Below are positions 19,949-28,996 of a stretch of DNA of 64,000 bases, piece after piece. Each line of letters opens with the position of its first letter. Positions within the stretch are counted from its first letter, which is position 1. The notes beneath the pieces were generated by a model that made no database searches, was not told where the DNA came from, and was given only the letters and a program-made list of their open reading frames with translations. A program made the position numbers and the translations under genes. Origin of the DNA: Verrucomicrobiia bacterium. GTDB lineage: Bacteria; Verrucomicrobiota; Verrucomicrobiia; Limisphaerales; UBA1319. Location of the stretch: contig OY760937.1 of the NCBI GenBank assembly GCA_963664225.1, forward strand, positions 5,568,001 through 5,632,000, given 5' to 3'.

Positions 19949-20764
19949 ATGGAAATCATATTGTTGATCGATATCGGTAACACGCATTCCCATATTGGAT
20001 TGGGGCATTCCGGGCGTGTTCATAAATTATCACAATTTCCCACAGCCGCATGGAAAACCGGGAAGGCGCTGGCTTTCCTGGAGCGTTGCATTGGAAAATC
20101 CACGCTTCGTGGAGCCGCGTTTTGCAGTGTCGTGCCCGGGGCGACGTTGCTTGCCAGGCGCTGTATCCGCAGCCGGTGGAAGATTGATCCGCTGGAGCTG
20201 AACAGCGAGACCATTCTGGATTTGGGCATCGATTATCCCAATCCCAAGACCATCGGGCCGGACCGTCTGGCCAACGCGCTGGCGGCCAAGAATCATTACG
20301 GCGCGCCTGTGGTGGTGGTGGATTTTGGAACGGCGGTGACGTTCGATGTGGTCAATGGCCATGGCGACTATGCGGGAGGAATCATTGCGCCGGGACTTTC
20401 GGCGATGACGAGCTATCTGCATGAAAAAACCGCGTTATTGCCGGCGATCCGCATTCGGGAGCCGCAACGGGTGGTGGGAAAAAGCACGGAACAGGCGATG
20501 CTCTCGGGTGCGGTGATTGGATATCGGGGGTTGATCCGGGAATTGATCGTGGAGTTGAAAAAGGAATTGGGAATCAAGCGGCTGCCTGTGGTTGCCACCG
20601 GAGGGTACGCCGAGTTGATCGCGTCGAAATTTGCACTGATTTCGCATGTGGATCCCCAACTGACGCTGGAAGGATTGCGGTTGCTATGGATGCGCAGAAA
20701 TGCTGACAAGCCTTCAGGCGCCAAGGTCAAACGATTGGGCGCAAGACGGAATCCAGGTGGATGA
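19949..20764 (+). CDS. coaX: Type III pantothenate kinase
   Basis: DIGNT, GPDR, VDFGTAVTFD, GGIIAPG, ATGG. Confidence 0.96.
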   Translation: MEIILLIDIGNTHSHIGLGHSGRVHKLSQFPTAAWKTGKALAFLERCIGKSTLRGAAFCSVVPGATLLARRCIRSRWKIDPLELNSETILDLGIDYPNPKTIGPDRLANALAAKNHYGAPVVVVDFGTAVTFDVVNGHGDYAGGIIAPGLSAMTSYLHEKTALLPAIRIREPQRVVGKSTEQAMLSGAVIGYRGLIRELIVELKKELGIKRLPVVATGGYAELIASKFALISHVDPQLTLEGLRLLWMRRNADKPSGAKVKRLGARRNPGG

Positions 20765-20916
20765 CGGCGGGGAAGGGAAAATATTGCAATGTTGCCCCGC
20801 CCCATGTGCTTGAGAGACAGAGAAATGCGGGCAAATAGTGAAAAGGTATAATTTGCCCACTTTACGCGCCTTTAGGATTGATCCCTTTAGACCCCCTCAT
20901 GATTTTATTGAGGCAG

Positions 20917-23900
20917 TCAGGTTCCGCTTGGACTGTCGGCGGCACTGGACAACGGTTGCTTTCTGATTTCTGCGGCAGCCAAGGCCGGTTTGCTTTTGAA
21001 AACTTTTCGCACAACCACATAGAACACTGGCACCAGAAAAATCGCCAGCACGGTGGCTGTAATCATGCCGCCAATAACGCCAGTGCCGATGGCGTTCTGG
21101 CCAGCTGAACCGGCGCCCCACGCGACGGCCAACGGCGTGACGCCGAGGATGAAGGCAAACGAGGTCATCAGAATCGGACGCAACCGCAGATGCACGGCTT
21201 CGAGCGTGGCTTCGATCAGGCCCAATCCCCGTTCCTGCGCGTCTTTGGCGAACTCCACGATCAAGATGGCGTTCTTGGTTGAGAGGCCGATGATGGTGAG
21301 GAAGCCGACTTTGAAATAGACGTCGTTCTCCAGCCCGCGGAACCAGGTAGCGGCCAGCGCGCCGACAATACCCAGGGGGACGACCAGCAACACGGCCGTC
21401 GGAATGGACCAGCTTTCGTAAAGCGCCGCGAGACACAGAAACACTATGATCAGCGAGAGCGCATAGAGCAGGGGCGCTTGCGAACCGGAGAGCCGTTCCT
21501 CGTAGGACTGGCCGGTCCATTCGTAACCGATGCCGACGGGCAGCTTCGTGGCTATTTTTTCCATTGCCGTCATCGCATCGGTGGAACTCCGGCCCGGCGC
21601 GGGCGTGCCGACGATTTCGACGGAGGGAAAACCATTGTAGCGCTGCAGGCTCGGCGAGCCGTAAGTCCACTTCAAAGTGGTGACTGCGGAAAGCGCCACC
21701 ATCGTGCCCGCGCTGTTGCGAACATAGATCTTGCCGATGTCTTCGGGCTTCATACGGAAGGGCGCGTCCATCTGGACAAGGACGCGCTGGATGCGGCTGC
21801 CGTTGACGAAATTGTTCACGTAAGCAGAGCCGAAGCTGGTGGACAACGCGTTGTTCAGGTCGCCCAGGCTGACGCCCAGCGCGCTGGCTTTTTCCTGGTC
21901 CACTTCAATCCTGAGCTGTGGTTCGTCCTCCATGCCTTGAGCGCGCACGCCTAAGACGCGAGGGTCGGCGGCGGCTAACTGGAGCAACTGATTGCGCGCG
22001 GCCATGAGTTTTTCGTGGCCGAGACCGCCGACGTCTTTCAGTTGCAAATCAAACCCTGACTGCATGCTCAGTTCGGTGATGGCGGCGGGCACGAGTGCGA
22101 AAATCATCGCGTCTTTGATCGCCCCGAACGACTGATTCGCGCGGGTCGCCACGCTCTGCACCGAGTGCTTTTGGCCGGAACGCCGGCTCCAATCCTTGAG
22201 CCGGACGAATGCCGCCGCCGCATTCTGACCGTTGCCTCCGAAGCTGAAACCGACCACCGACATGAAACTCTCCACTTCCGGTTGTTGCCGGTAATAGGCT
22301 TCGACTTGTTCCAGCACGGCGATGCTGCGTTCCGCTGTCGCCCCGACGGGCAATTGAATACTTGTCATCAAAAAGCCCTGGTCTTCCTCGGGCAAAAATG
22401 ACGACGGCAACCGGAAATACATCACCACCATGACGCCGACGATGACGGCGTAGACCATGAAACTGCGACCGGGCCGCTTGATGCATTTCGCAACCCAGCC
22501 TTGATACCTGGTTGTGCTCGCGGCAAATCCGCGGTTGAACCAGCCGAAGAAACCGCGCTTCTCGTGTTTGTGGCCCTGCTGGACCGGCTTGAGCAACACG
22601 GCGCATAACGCCGGCGTCAGCGACATCGCGAGGAACACCGAGAACATCATCGCCGAGACGAGCGACAAAGAGAACTGCCGGTAAATCGTGCCGACCGAGC
22701 CGCCAAAGAATGCCATCGGAATGAACACGGCGGTCAACACCAGCGTGATGCCGATGAGCGCGCCGGTGATTTGATCCATGGCCTTGCGCGTGGCTTCGCG
22801 GGGCGGCAAACCCTCGTCGTGCATGAGGCGCTCGACGTTTTCAATGACGACGATGGCATCGTCCACGAGGATGCCGATGGCCAGAACCAGGCCGAACAGC
22901 GTGAGCACGTTGATGGAAAAACCGAACGCATACATGCAGGCGAACGAACCCAGCAGCGCCACCGGAATCACGATGGTCGGAATCAGCGTTGCGCGGAAAT
23001 TTTGCAGGAACAGATACATCACGAGGAACACCAGCACAATGGCTTCGAGCAACGTCTTGATCACCTCCTCAATCGAGATGGTGATGAACGGCGAGGTATC
23101 CATCGGATACGTCACCTGAATGCCCGCCGGGAAAAACGTCGAGAGCTGGGCCATCTTTTCTTTCACCGCAGTGATTGTCGAGAGTGCGTTGGCCGACGGC
23201 GAGAGCTTGATGGCAATGCCTGAGGCCGGATGGCCATCGGCCCGCGCTTGCATCATGTAGCTTTGACCGCCGAATTCCACGCGCGCCACGTCGCTGAGCA
23301 ACACGCGCGCGCCGTCCGTCCCGACGCGCAGGAGGATGTTGTCGAATTCCGCCAGTGTGCGCAGGGTGGATTGAGCGCGGAGCGTGACGTTGAATTGCTG
23401 GCCGGGAACGGCGGGCAGACTGCCCAGTTGGCCGACGGAGATATCACTGTTCTGCGCCGAGATGGCCGCGGTCACATCGCTCGTGGTCAGGCCAAAGCTA
23501 TTGAGCTTGTTGGGGTCGAGCCACACGCGCATGGCGTATTCCGAGCCGAACATGCTGGCCTCGCCCACGCCGGGAACGCGTCGGAGCGAATCCAAAACGC
23601 TGGCTGAAACGAAATTGCCGATGGCGAATTGATCCATGCTGCCGTTGGTCGAGGAAAGGCTGATGATCAACGTGAAATTACGCGTCGCCTTGGCGACCGT
23701 GACGCCCTGTTGCTGCACGGTCTGGGGCAGGCTGGGCGTGGCGAGTTGCACCTTGTTCTGGACCTGCACCTGCGCGGTGTCGGAATCTGTGCCTGGCTCG
23801 AAATAAAGGGTGATCTGCGACTGCCCGCTGGCACTGCTGCTGGCGGACATGTATTGGAGGTTGTCAATGCCGGTCATCTGCTGTTCGAGCAGCGTCGTCA

Positions 23901-24081
23901 CGGTGTTCTGGACGGTTTCGGCCGAAGCACCCGCGAATGTGGCGGAAACGGAAATGGACGGGGGCGCGACGTTCGGATACTGCGCGACGGGCAGCTTGGT
24001 GACGGCGAGAACGCCTGCCATCATGATGAGCAGGGAAATCACCCACGCGAATACCGGACGATCGATGAAGAATCTGGCCAT
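20917..24081 (-). CDS. RND efflux permease (AcrB/MexB family)
   Basis: MARFFIDRPVFAWV start, proton relay GILVDDAIVV, KNAILIVEF, RPILMTS. 1054 aa. Confidence 0.97.
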   Translation of the reverse strand: MARFFIDRPVFAWVISLLIMMAGVLAVTKLPVAQYPNVAPPSISVSATFAGASAETVQNTVTTLLEQQMTGIDNLQYMSASSSASGQSQITLYFEPGTDSDTAQVQVQNKVQLATPSLPQTVQQQGVTVAKATRNFTLIISLSSTNGSMDQFAIGNFVSASVLDSLRRVPGVGEASMFGSEYAMRVWLDPNKLNSFGLTTSDVTAAISAQNSDISVGQLGSLPAVPGQQFNVTLRAQSTLRTLAEFDNILLRVGTDGARVLLSDVARVEFGGQSYMMQARADGHPASGIAIKLSPSANALSTITAVKEKMAQLSTFFPAGIQVTYPMDTSPFITISIEEVIKTLLEAIVLVFLVMYLFLQNFRATLIPTIVIPVALLGSFACMYAFGFSINVLTLFGLVLAIGILVDDAIVVIENVERLMHDEGLPPREATRKAMDQITGALIGITLVLTAVFIPMAFFGGSVGTIYRQFSLSLVSAMMFSVFLAMSLTPALCAVLLKPVQQGHKHEKRGFFGWFNRGFAASTTRYQGWVAKCIKRPGRSFMVYAVIVGVMVVMYFRLPSSFLPEEDQGFLMTSIQLPVGATAERSIAVLEQVEAYYRQQPEVESFMSVVGFSFGGNGQNAAAAFVRLKDWSRRSGQKHSVQSVATRANQSFGAIKDAMIFALVPAAITELSMQSGFDLQLKDVGGLGHEKLMAARNQLLQLAAADPRVLGVRAQGMEDEPQLRIEVDQEKASALGVSLGDLNNALSTSFGSAYVNNFVNGSRIQRVLVQMDAPFRMKPEDIGKIYVRNSAGTMVALSAVTTLKWTYGSPSLQRYNGFPSVEIVGTPAPGRSSTDAMTAMEKIATKLPVGIGYEWTGQSYEERLSGSQAPLLYALSLIIVFLCLAALYESWSIPTAVLLVVPLGIVGALAATWFRGLENDVYFKVGFLTIIGLSTKNAILIVEFAKDAQERGLGLIEATLEAVHLRLRPILMTSFAFILGVTPLAVAWGAGSAGQNAIGTGVIGGMITATVLAIFLVPVFYVVVRKVFKSKPALAAAEIRKQPLSSAADSPSGT

Positions 24082-24092
24082 ACGAATTCAGT

Positions 24093-25376
24093 TTACGGGT
24101 TGGCGGTTGCCGCCGATGACTTCATGGGCGTATTAGTATTGCTGGTGTGAAATGGAACGGGGACCACCGTCGCGCCGGCACGCACCTTCTGAAGCCCTTC
24201 AACAATGACCCGGTCACCCGCCTTGAGGCCGCTGCTGACGATCCATTTGTCGCCCGACGCCGAGCCAGTTTGAATCAAACGCTGCTCGACCTGATTCTGC
24301 GCGTTCACCACCAGCACGCTGGCCTGGCCGTTGGCCTCGCGCGCGACACCGCGCTGTGGCACGGTGATGGCTTGATCTTCAACCGCCACTTCAACCTGTC
24401 CGCGGACGAACATGCCCTGCAGCAGAATTGTTTCGGGATTGGGAAATTCGCCGCGCAGCGTGACCGAGCCGGTGTTTTCATCCACTGATACGCCGGAAAA
24501 AACCAGCCTACCCTTCTCGGCGTAGGTCGTGCCGTCCTCCAGCAACAACACGATCTTGACTTCTTTTTGGGAAACGCCCTGAAGTTTTCCCAATTCAAGC
24601 GAACGGCGCAGTTTCAACATTTCCGCACTGGACTGGGTGAAGTCCACGTAGATCGGATCAAGCTGGCGAATGACGGCCATCTTGGTGGCCTCGCTGGCGC
24701 TTGCCAGCGCGCCTTCCGTAATCAGCGCCTTGCCGATGCGCCCGGAAATCGGCGCACTTACCTTGGAGTAGCCCAGATTCAATGCCGCCGTTTCCAGCGC
24801 GGCTTTTGCGGCCATCACATCCGCCTCGCTTTGCAGCGCGCTGGCCCGGGCGTCTTCGTATGCCTGCTGGCTGACGCCGTTGACTTTTACGAGCGACTCG
24901 TTGCGTATGGCTTTGGCCTTGGCTTGTGTCTGTGTCGCCTCGGCCTTCGCCAAGCTGGCCCTGGCACTGTCATAACTGGCCTGCAGCGGGGCGGGATCAA
25001 TTTCAAACAGCACCTGATTGGCCGTCACGTCCGCTCCTTCCTCGAACAGCCTCTTCAGAAGAATGCCTGTGGCACGCGCCCGCACTTCAGCTACGCGCAT
25101 GGCGTTGACACGTCCGGGCAACACCACAGTCACTGCCGCCTTTTCCGAGGCAATCGTTACCACGCCAACTTCCGTCGGCGGCATTGCGCCGCCCATCGGT
25201 CCGCCTGCTCCCGGCGGTCCACCCGCACCCATCGGTCCGCCCGGGCCGCCAGCGTTTGAGCCAGGCCCGCAACCGGTGACAGCAGCCAAGGCCAGAAAAA
25301 GGAGCGGCATTGCGCCGAATTGATGGACCTTGAATGTCAGGCGCATGTTTTTAACGACGTAAGTGAGTAACTTCAT
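24093..25376 (-). CDS. RND periplasmic adaptor (AcrA/MexA family lipoprotein)
   Basis: Lipobox AVTGC, AEVRARATG, LFEIDP, APISGRIG, QLDPIYVD. Exact start uncertain. Confidence 0.95.
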   Translation of the reverse strand: MKLLTYVVKNMRLTFKVHQFGAMPLLFLALAAVTGCGPGSNAGGPGGPMGAGGPPGAGGPMGGAMPPTEVGVVTIASEKAAVTVVLPGRVNAMRVAEVRARATGILLKRLFEEGADVTANQVLFEIDPAPLQASYDSARASLAKAEATQTQAKAKAIRNESLVKVNGVSQQAYEDARASALQSEADVMAAKAALETAALNLGYSKVSAPISGRIGKALITEGALASASEATKMAVIRQLDPIYVDFTQSSAEMLKLRRSLELGKLQGVSQKEVKIVLLLEDGTTYAEKGRLVFSGVSVDENTGSVTLRGEFPNPETILLQGMFVRGQVEVAVEDQAITVPQRGVAREANGQASVLVVNAQNQVEQRLIQTGSASGDKWIVSSGLKAGDRVIVEGLQKVRAGATVVPVPFHTSNTNTPMKSSAATANP

Positions 25377-25389
25377 AATTCTTCAACGG

Positions 25390-26757
25390 CTATTTCCAGC
25401 CACCACCCAGCGCTTTGTAGAGCGAGATCTGGCTGTTGAGTTGATGAAAGCGGGCCAGCAACAAGTCCTGCTGGGCGTTGTAAAGGTCCTGTTGCGATAA
25501 GAGCACGTTCAAATAGGTGTCTTCGCCCTGCCGATAGCGGAGATTGGCCAGTTCAAAGCGGCGCTGTTGGGCGGTCACTAAAAGTGATTCTTCCCCGATT
25601 TGTTGGGTGTAACTGCGGCTGGCCACCAAAGCATCGGCCACTTCCCTAAAGGCGGTTTCGATGGCCTTCATGTAGTTTTGCACTTCGATGCGCCTGCCGA
25701 CTTTGGCGGAATCCAGTGAAGCCAGATTCTGACCGCCGGTAAATATGGGTAAGGTGACTTGCGGCGAAAAACTCCAGACACCCGTCCCGCCGCCAAACAG
25801 CTTTTCAAATTCCGCGCTGGTCGATCCGACCGAGGCAGTCATCGCAATGGTGGGGAAGAAAGCTGCCCGCGCCGCGCCAATATTGGCATTGGCCGCCTTC
25901 AAAGTGTGTTCCGCCGCCAGAATATCCGGGCGTTGTTGCAGCAATTCCGATGGCAGTCCAGCGGGTATCTCCGCCAACAGGTTGATGTCGTTGAATGGCC
26001 TCGATGGCGGCAGATTGGCCGGCATCGGCTGGCCGATCAGCAACACCAGATAGTTTTCCGCCTGTTCCCGTGCGCGTTCGAAAGTGAGCAGATTGATTTT
26101 CGCGGTTTGCACCTGGCCTTCCGCTGTGCGCAAATCCAATTCGCCGGTTGCCCCGGCGTCAAACGTGGCTTTGTTGAGGGCATAGGAATCCCGCACCGTC
26201 TGTAAAGTTTGTTTCGCCAGCGCAATCTGTTCCTCTGCCTGCCGCAACGTGAAATATACCGCGGCCACTTCGGCGACCAATGACACTTGGGCGCCACGCC
26301 TGCCCTCGACCGTGGCAAAGTATTGTTCCAACGCCCGGCGATTCAGGCTGCGCACCCGGCCAAACAAATCCACTTCATACGCCGTTGAGCCGAGACTGGC
26401 ACTCCATAGATCAGCAGTTTCGCCATTGGCATGGGCCTTCTGATAACCGCCGCCGGCGTTCACTGTGGGAAGAGAAGTCGAACGAGTGATCCGGTATTGC
26501 GCCTGGCTTTGCTCCACATTGAGCACCGCCACCTGAAAATCACAATTGTTGGTTAGCGCCAGATCAATCAACCGCTTCAGACGCTCGTCGGCAATGTAAT
26601 TTGTCCAGGACAGCGTCGCAACCGCGCTGGCATTGGTTGCGTTCATGCCGGGATATTGCGCCGCAACCGGTGCAGCCGGGCGTTCATACTTCGGAATCAT
26701 GGCGCAGCCGGATAGCAGGAGCGCGCCGAAAAAACAAAATGACAGAATCTTTGCCAT
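25390..26757 (-). CDS. Outer-membrane efflux lipoprotein (OprM/NodT family)
   Basis: Lipobox LSGC, GLPSELLQQRPDI, ends LYKALGGGW. Confidence 0.96.
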   Translation of the reverse strand: MAKILSFCFFGALLLSGCAMIPKYERPAAPVAAQYPGMNATNASAVATLSWTNYIADERLKRLIDLALTNNCDFQVAVLNVEQSQAQYRITRSTSLPTVNAGGGYQKAHANGETADLWSASLGSTAYEVDLFGRVRSLNRRALEQYFATVEGRRGAQVSLVAEVAAVYFTLRQAEEQIALAKQTLQTVRDSYALNKATFDAGATGELDLRTAEGQVQTAKINLLTFERAREQAENYLVLLIGQPMPANLPPSRPFNDINLLAEIPAGLPSELLQQRPDILAAEHTLKAANANIGAARAAFFPTIAMTASVGSTSAEFEKLFGGGTGVWSFSPQVTLPIFTGGQNLASLDSAKVGRRIEVQNYMKAIETAFREVADALVASRSYTQQIGEESLLVTAQQRRFELANLRYRQGEDTYLNVLLSQQDLYNAQQDLLLARFHQLNSQISLYKALGGGWK

Positions 26758-26762
26758 ATCAT

Positions 26763-27452
26763 TCAGCGTTTGGGCAGTTTTGGGGGAAACGGCAATCTCG
26801 GCCTTTCCGAAGCCGGAACCGCCGGCTGGCTTATCAAACCGGCTGAAACATAGCCGATCATTTCGCGCAGCACCGCCTCGCGCGATTTTGCATTATTCAT
26901 TCCCGGCATTTCGCTCGCATGGATGGAAAACATCAGCAACGCGCCCATCGCGAACATTTCGCGCAGTTGGAGCAAATCCTCCGGGATATCCGGCCGCGCG
27001 CGTTTGAGCGCCGCGATAAACACTTTGACGCCGGGCAAAAGCTCCTTTTCGATGGCCGCATGAATGAACGGCGGTGGCATCAATAAGTTCCGGGCCAGAA
27101 ATTTTTGAAATGTGGGATGTTCCAGCCCCGACTCGAAAGGCGGACGGAGCATGCACTCGACAATTTTCTCCACGGAAACAGGCTTGCCGCCCGCTTGCGT
27201 TTCCGCGTCCCCAAGCAGCCGCAGCCGTTCGGCGTTGACCGGCCGGAAGCCGCGCATGAAGATCTCAATGTAAAGCGCCTCTTTCGAGCCAAAGTGGTAA
27301 GTGGCCGCGCCCAAATTCACTTTGGCCTCATCCGCGAGCATCCGCATCCCGACGCCATCGTAGCCCTTCTCGCCAAACAAGCGCACCGCCGTGTCCAGCA
27401 GGCGGGTGACGGTCGCCCGATCCTCCGCCGACTTGTTTTGTATTTTAGCCAT
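26763..27452 (-). CDS. TetR-family regulator
   Basis: N-terminal HTH (LFGEKGYDGVGMRMLADEAKVNLGAATYHFGSKEALY). Start placed after the promoter. Confidence 0.93.
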   Translation of the reverse strand: MAKIQNKSAEDRATVTRLLDTAVRLFGEKGYDGVGMRMLADEAKVNLGAATYHFGSKEALYIEIFMRGFRPVNAERLRLLGDAETQAGGKPVSVEKIVECMLRPPFESGLEHPTFQKFLARNLLMPPPFIHAAIEKELLPGVKVFIAALKRARPDIPEDLLQLREMFAMGALLMFSIHASEMPGMNNAKSREAVLREMIGYVSAGLISQPAVPASERPRLPFPPKLPKR

Positions 27453-27462
27453 CACGGACAAA

Positions 27463-27490
27463 ATAATACAAACGTATGAAACATTGTCAA
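27463..27490 (-). promoter_or_regulatory. Sigma70 promoter of the tetR-RND operon, with possible operator
   Basis: TTGACA-16 bp-TATTAT on the minus strand. A weak palindrome ATAC-AAAC-GTAT overlaps the spacer and -10. Confidence 0.6.
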
Positions 27491-27613
27491 GCCCCACCGT
27501 AGTTGCGTCGGTCAACCCAGGCCATGCGCATGCGCGAACTGGGGCTCGGAATTCATGTTCTTAATCCAGAGCGGCACGTCCGAACACACGAAGATGATGA
27601 ACTGCGTGGAACG

Positions 27614-27678
27614 CGACCGTTTATCATGATCAACTCTTTGCATTTGACTGCATCCACCAAACTTTGCCTGGCATTTTC
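27614..27678 (-). mobile_element. Relic 5' end (65 nt) of an intron-1-like group II intron
   Basis: 57/65 identical, without gaps, to 38032-38096. Confidence 0.85.
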
Positions 27679-27873
27679 CGAAATATGCTAAGTACGCGAA
27701 AAAGGGGGGAGAAGTCTTAATGCCGTCCCGCTGGGGCTTGGAATTGGTCGGGGGTGGCGTTTGCTATAAATATGTCACCCAGCTGGGGCTGGGAAGAAAT
27801 GGAGATACCACCACTCCGAACGATTGGACAAACTCTTGTCGTCGGGGACGGGTTTGGATAAGGTGGGCTGAGA

Positions 27874-28932
27874 ATGAAGAGAGTCTGTATTTTTGCGGTT
27901 TTGTGCTGGCTGGCCTGGCCGGTCCTGGCGGCGGAGCGCGCTTTTGATTTTTCGACTGCGACGCCGAACGAGGCGCCCAAGGGGTTTCGCAGTTTGATTG
28001 CGGGGGAGGGAAATTTGGGGGATTGGCGGGTTTTATTCGAGGAAGTGCCTTCGCTGATGCCGTCGGTCACGGGGCAGGCGCCCAAGACGGCCAAGAAAGG
28101 GGTGCTGGCGCAGTTATCCAAGGACGGAACCGACGAGCATTTTCCATTGCTGGTTTTCGATGAAGAGGCGTACGGCGATTTCACGTTCAGCGCGCGATTC
28201 AAGACGGTGGACGGCGAAAAGGAACAGATGGCCGGTCTGGCGTTTCGCATTCAGGACGAGAAGAATTTTTACGTTGTGCGGGCCAGCGCCCTGGGGAATA
28301 CGTTCAAGTTTTATAAAGTGGTCAACGGCCAGCGGAGCGCGCCCATTGGACCGGAAGTCGAGGTGTCGAAGAATGTCTGGCACGAGATCAGCGTGGAATG
28401 CAAAGGAAACCGCATTCGCTGCCAGTTCGACGGCAAGGAGTTGTTTCCGGTTTTGACCGATTATTCGTTCAGTGCCGGCAAGATTGGATTCTGGACGAAG
28501 TCGGATTCGGTCAGTTATTTTTGTGACGCGCGATTGACTTACACCCCCCGGGAATCGCTCGCGAAGGTTCTGATTCGGGATCAGATGAAAAAATATCCAC
28601 GGCTGGTTGGCTTGAAAATCTTTGCGGTCAGGGGAACCAATACAATGCCTTTGATTGTGGCGAGCGACAAGGCGACGGAACTGGGAGTGGCGGGCGGCAC
28701 GGTGGAGAGCAGCGTCATATCCAGCAATCAAATCTATTATGGAAAGATCAAAGGGGATGCGGTGGTGACCTACCCCTTGCATGACCGGAATGGCGATGCG
28801 GTGGCGGCGGTGCGCGTGGTGATGCAATCCTTCAAGGGCCAGACGGAGGAGAATGCGATCACGCGGGCGATGCCGGTGGTCAAGGACATGGAATGGCGTG
28901 TGCGGTCGAAGGCGGAACTGATTGAGGATTGA
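27874..28932 (+). CDS. Secreted protein with DUF1080/laminin-G-like beta-sandwich plus a C-terminal domain
   Basis: Signal peptide, AGLAFRIQDEKNFYVVR, WHEISVEC.GNRI, GKIGFWTKSD. Confidence 0.65.
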   Translation: MKRVCIFAVLCWLAWPVLAAERAFDFSTATPNEAPKGFRSLIAGEGNLGDWRVLFEEVPSLMPSVTGQAPKTAKKGVLAQLSKDGTDEHFPLLVFDEEAYGDFTFSARFKTVDGEKEQMAGLAFRIQDEKNFYVVRASALGNTFKFYKVVNGQRSAPIGPEVEVSKNVWHEISVECKGNRIRCQFDGKELFPVLTDYSFSAGKIGFWTKSDSVSYFCDARLTYTPRESLAKVLIRDQMKKYPRLVGLKIFAVRGTNTMPLIVASDKATELGVAGGTVESSVISSNQIYYGKIKGDAVVTYPLHDRNGDAVAAVRVVMQSFKGQTEENAITRAMPVVKDMEWRVRSKAELIED

Positions 28933-28996
28933 GGCTCCCGCTCGCGTCGGCGTGGGGTGGCACATCGGAAAATCGGGACGGTCCAGGCATTGAATC

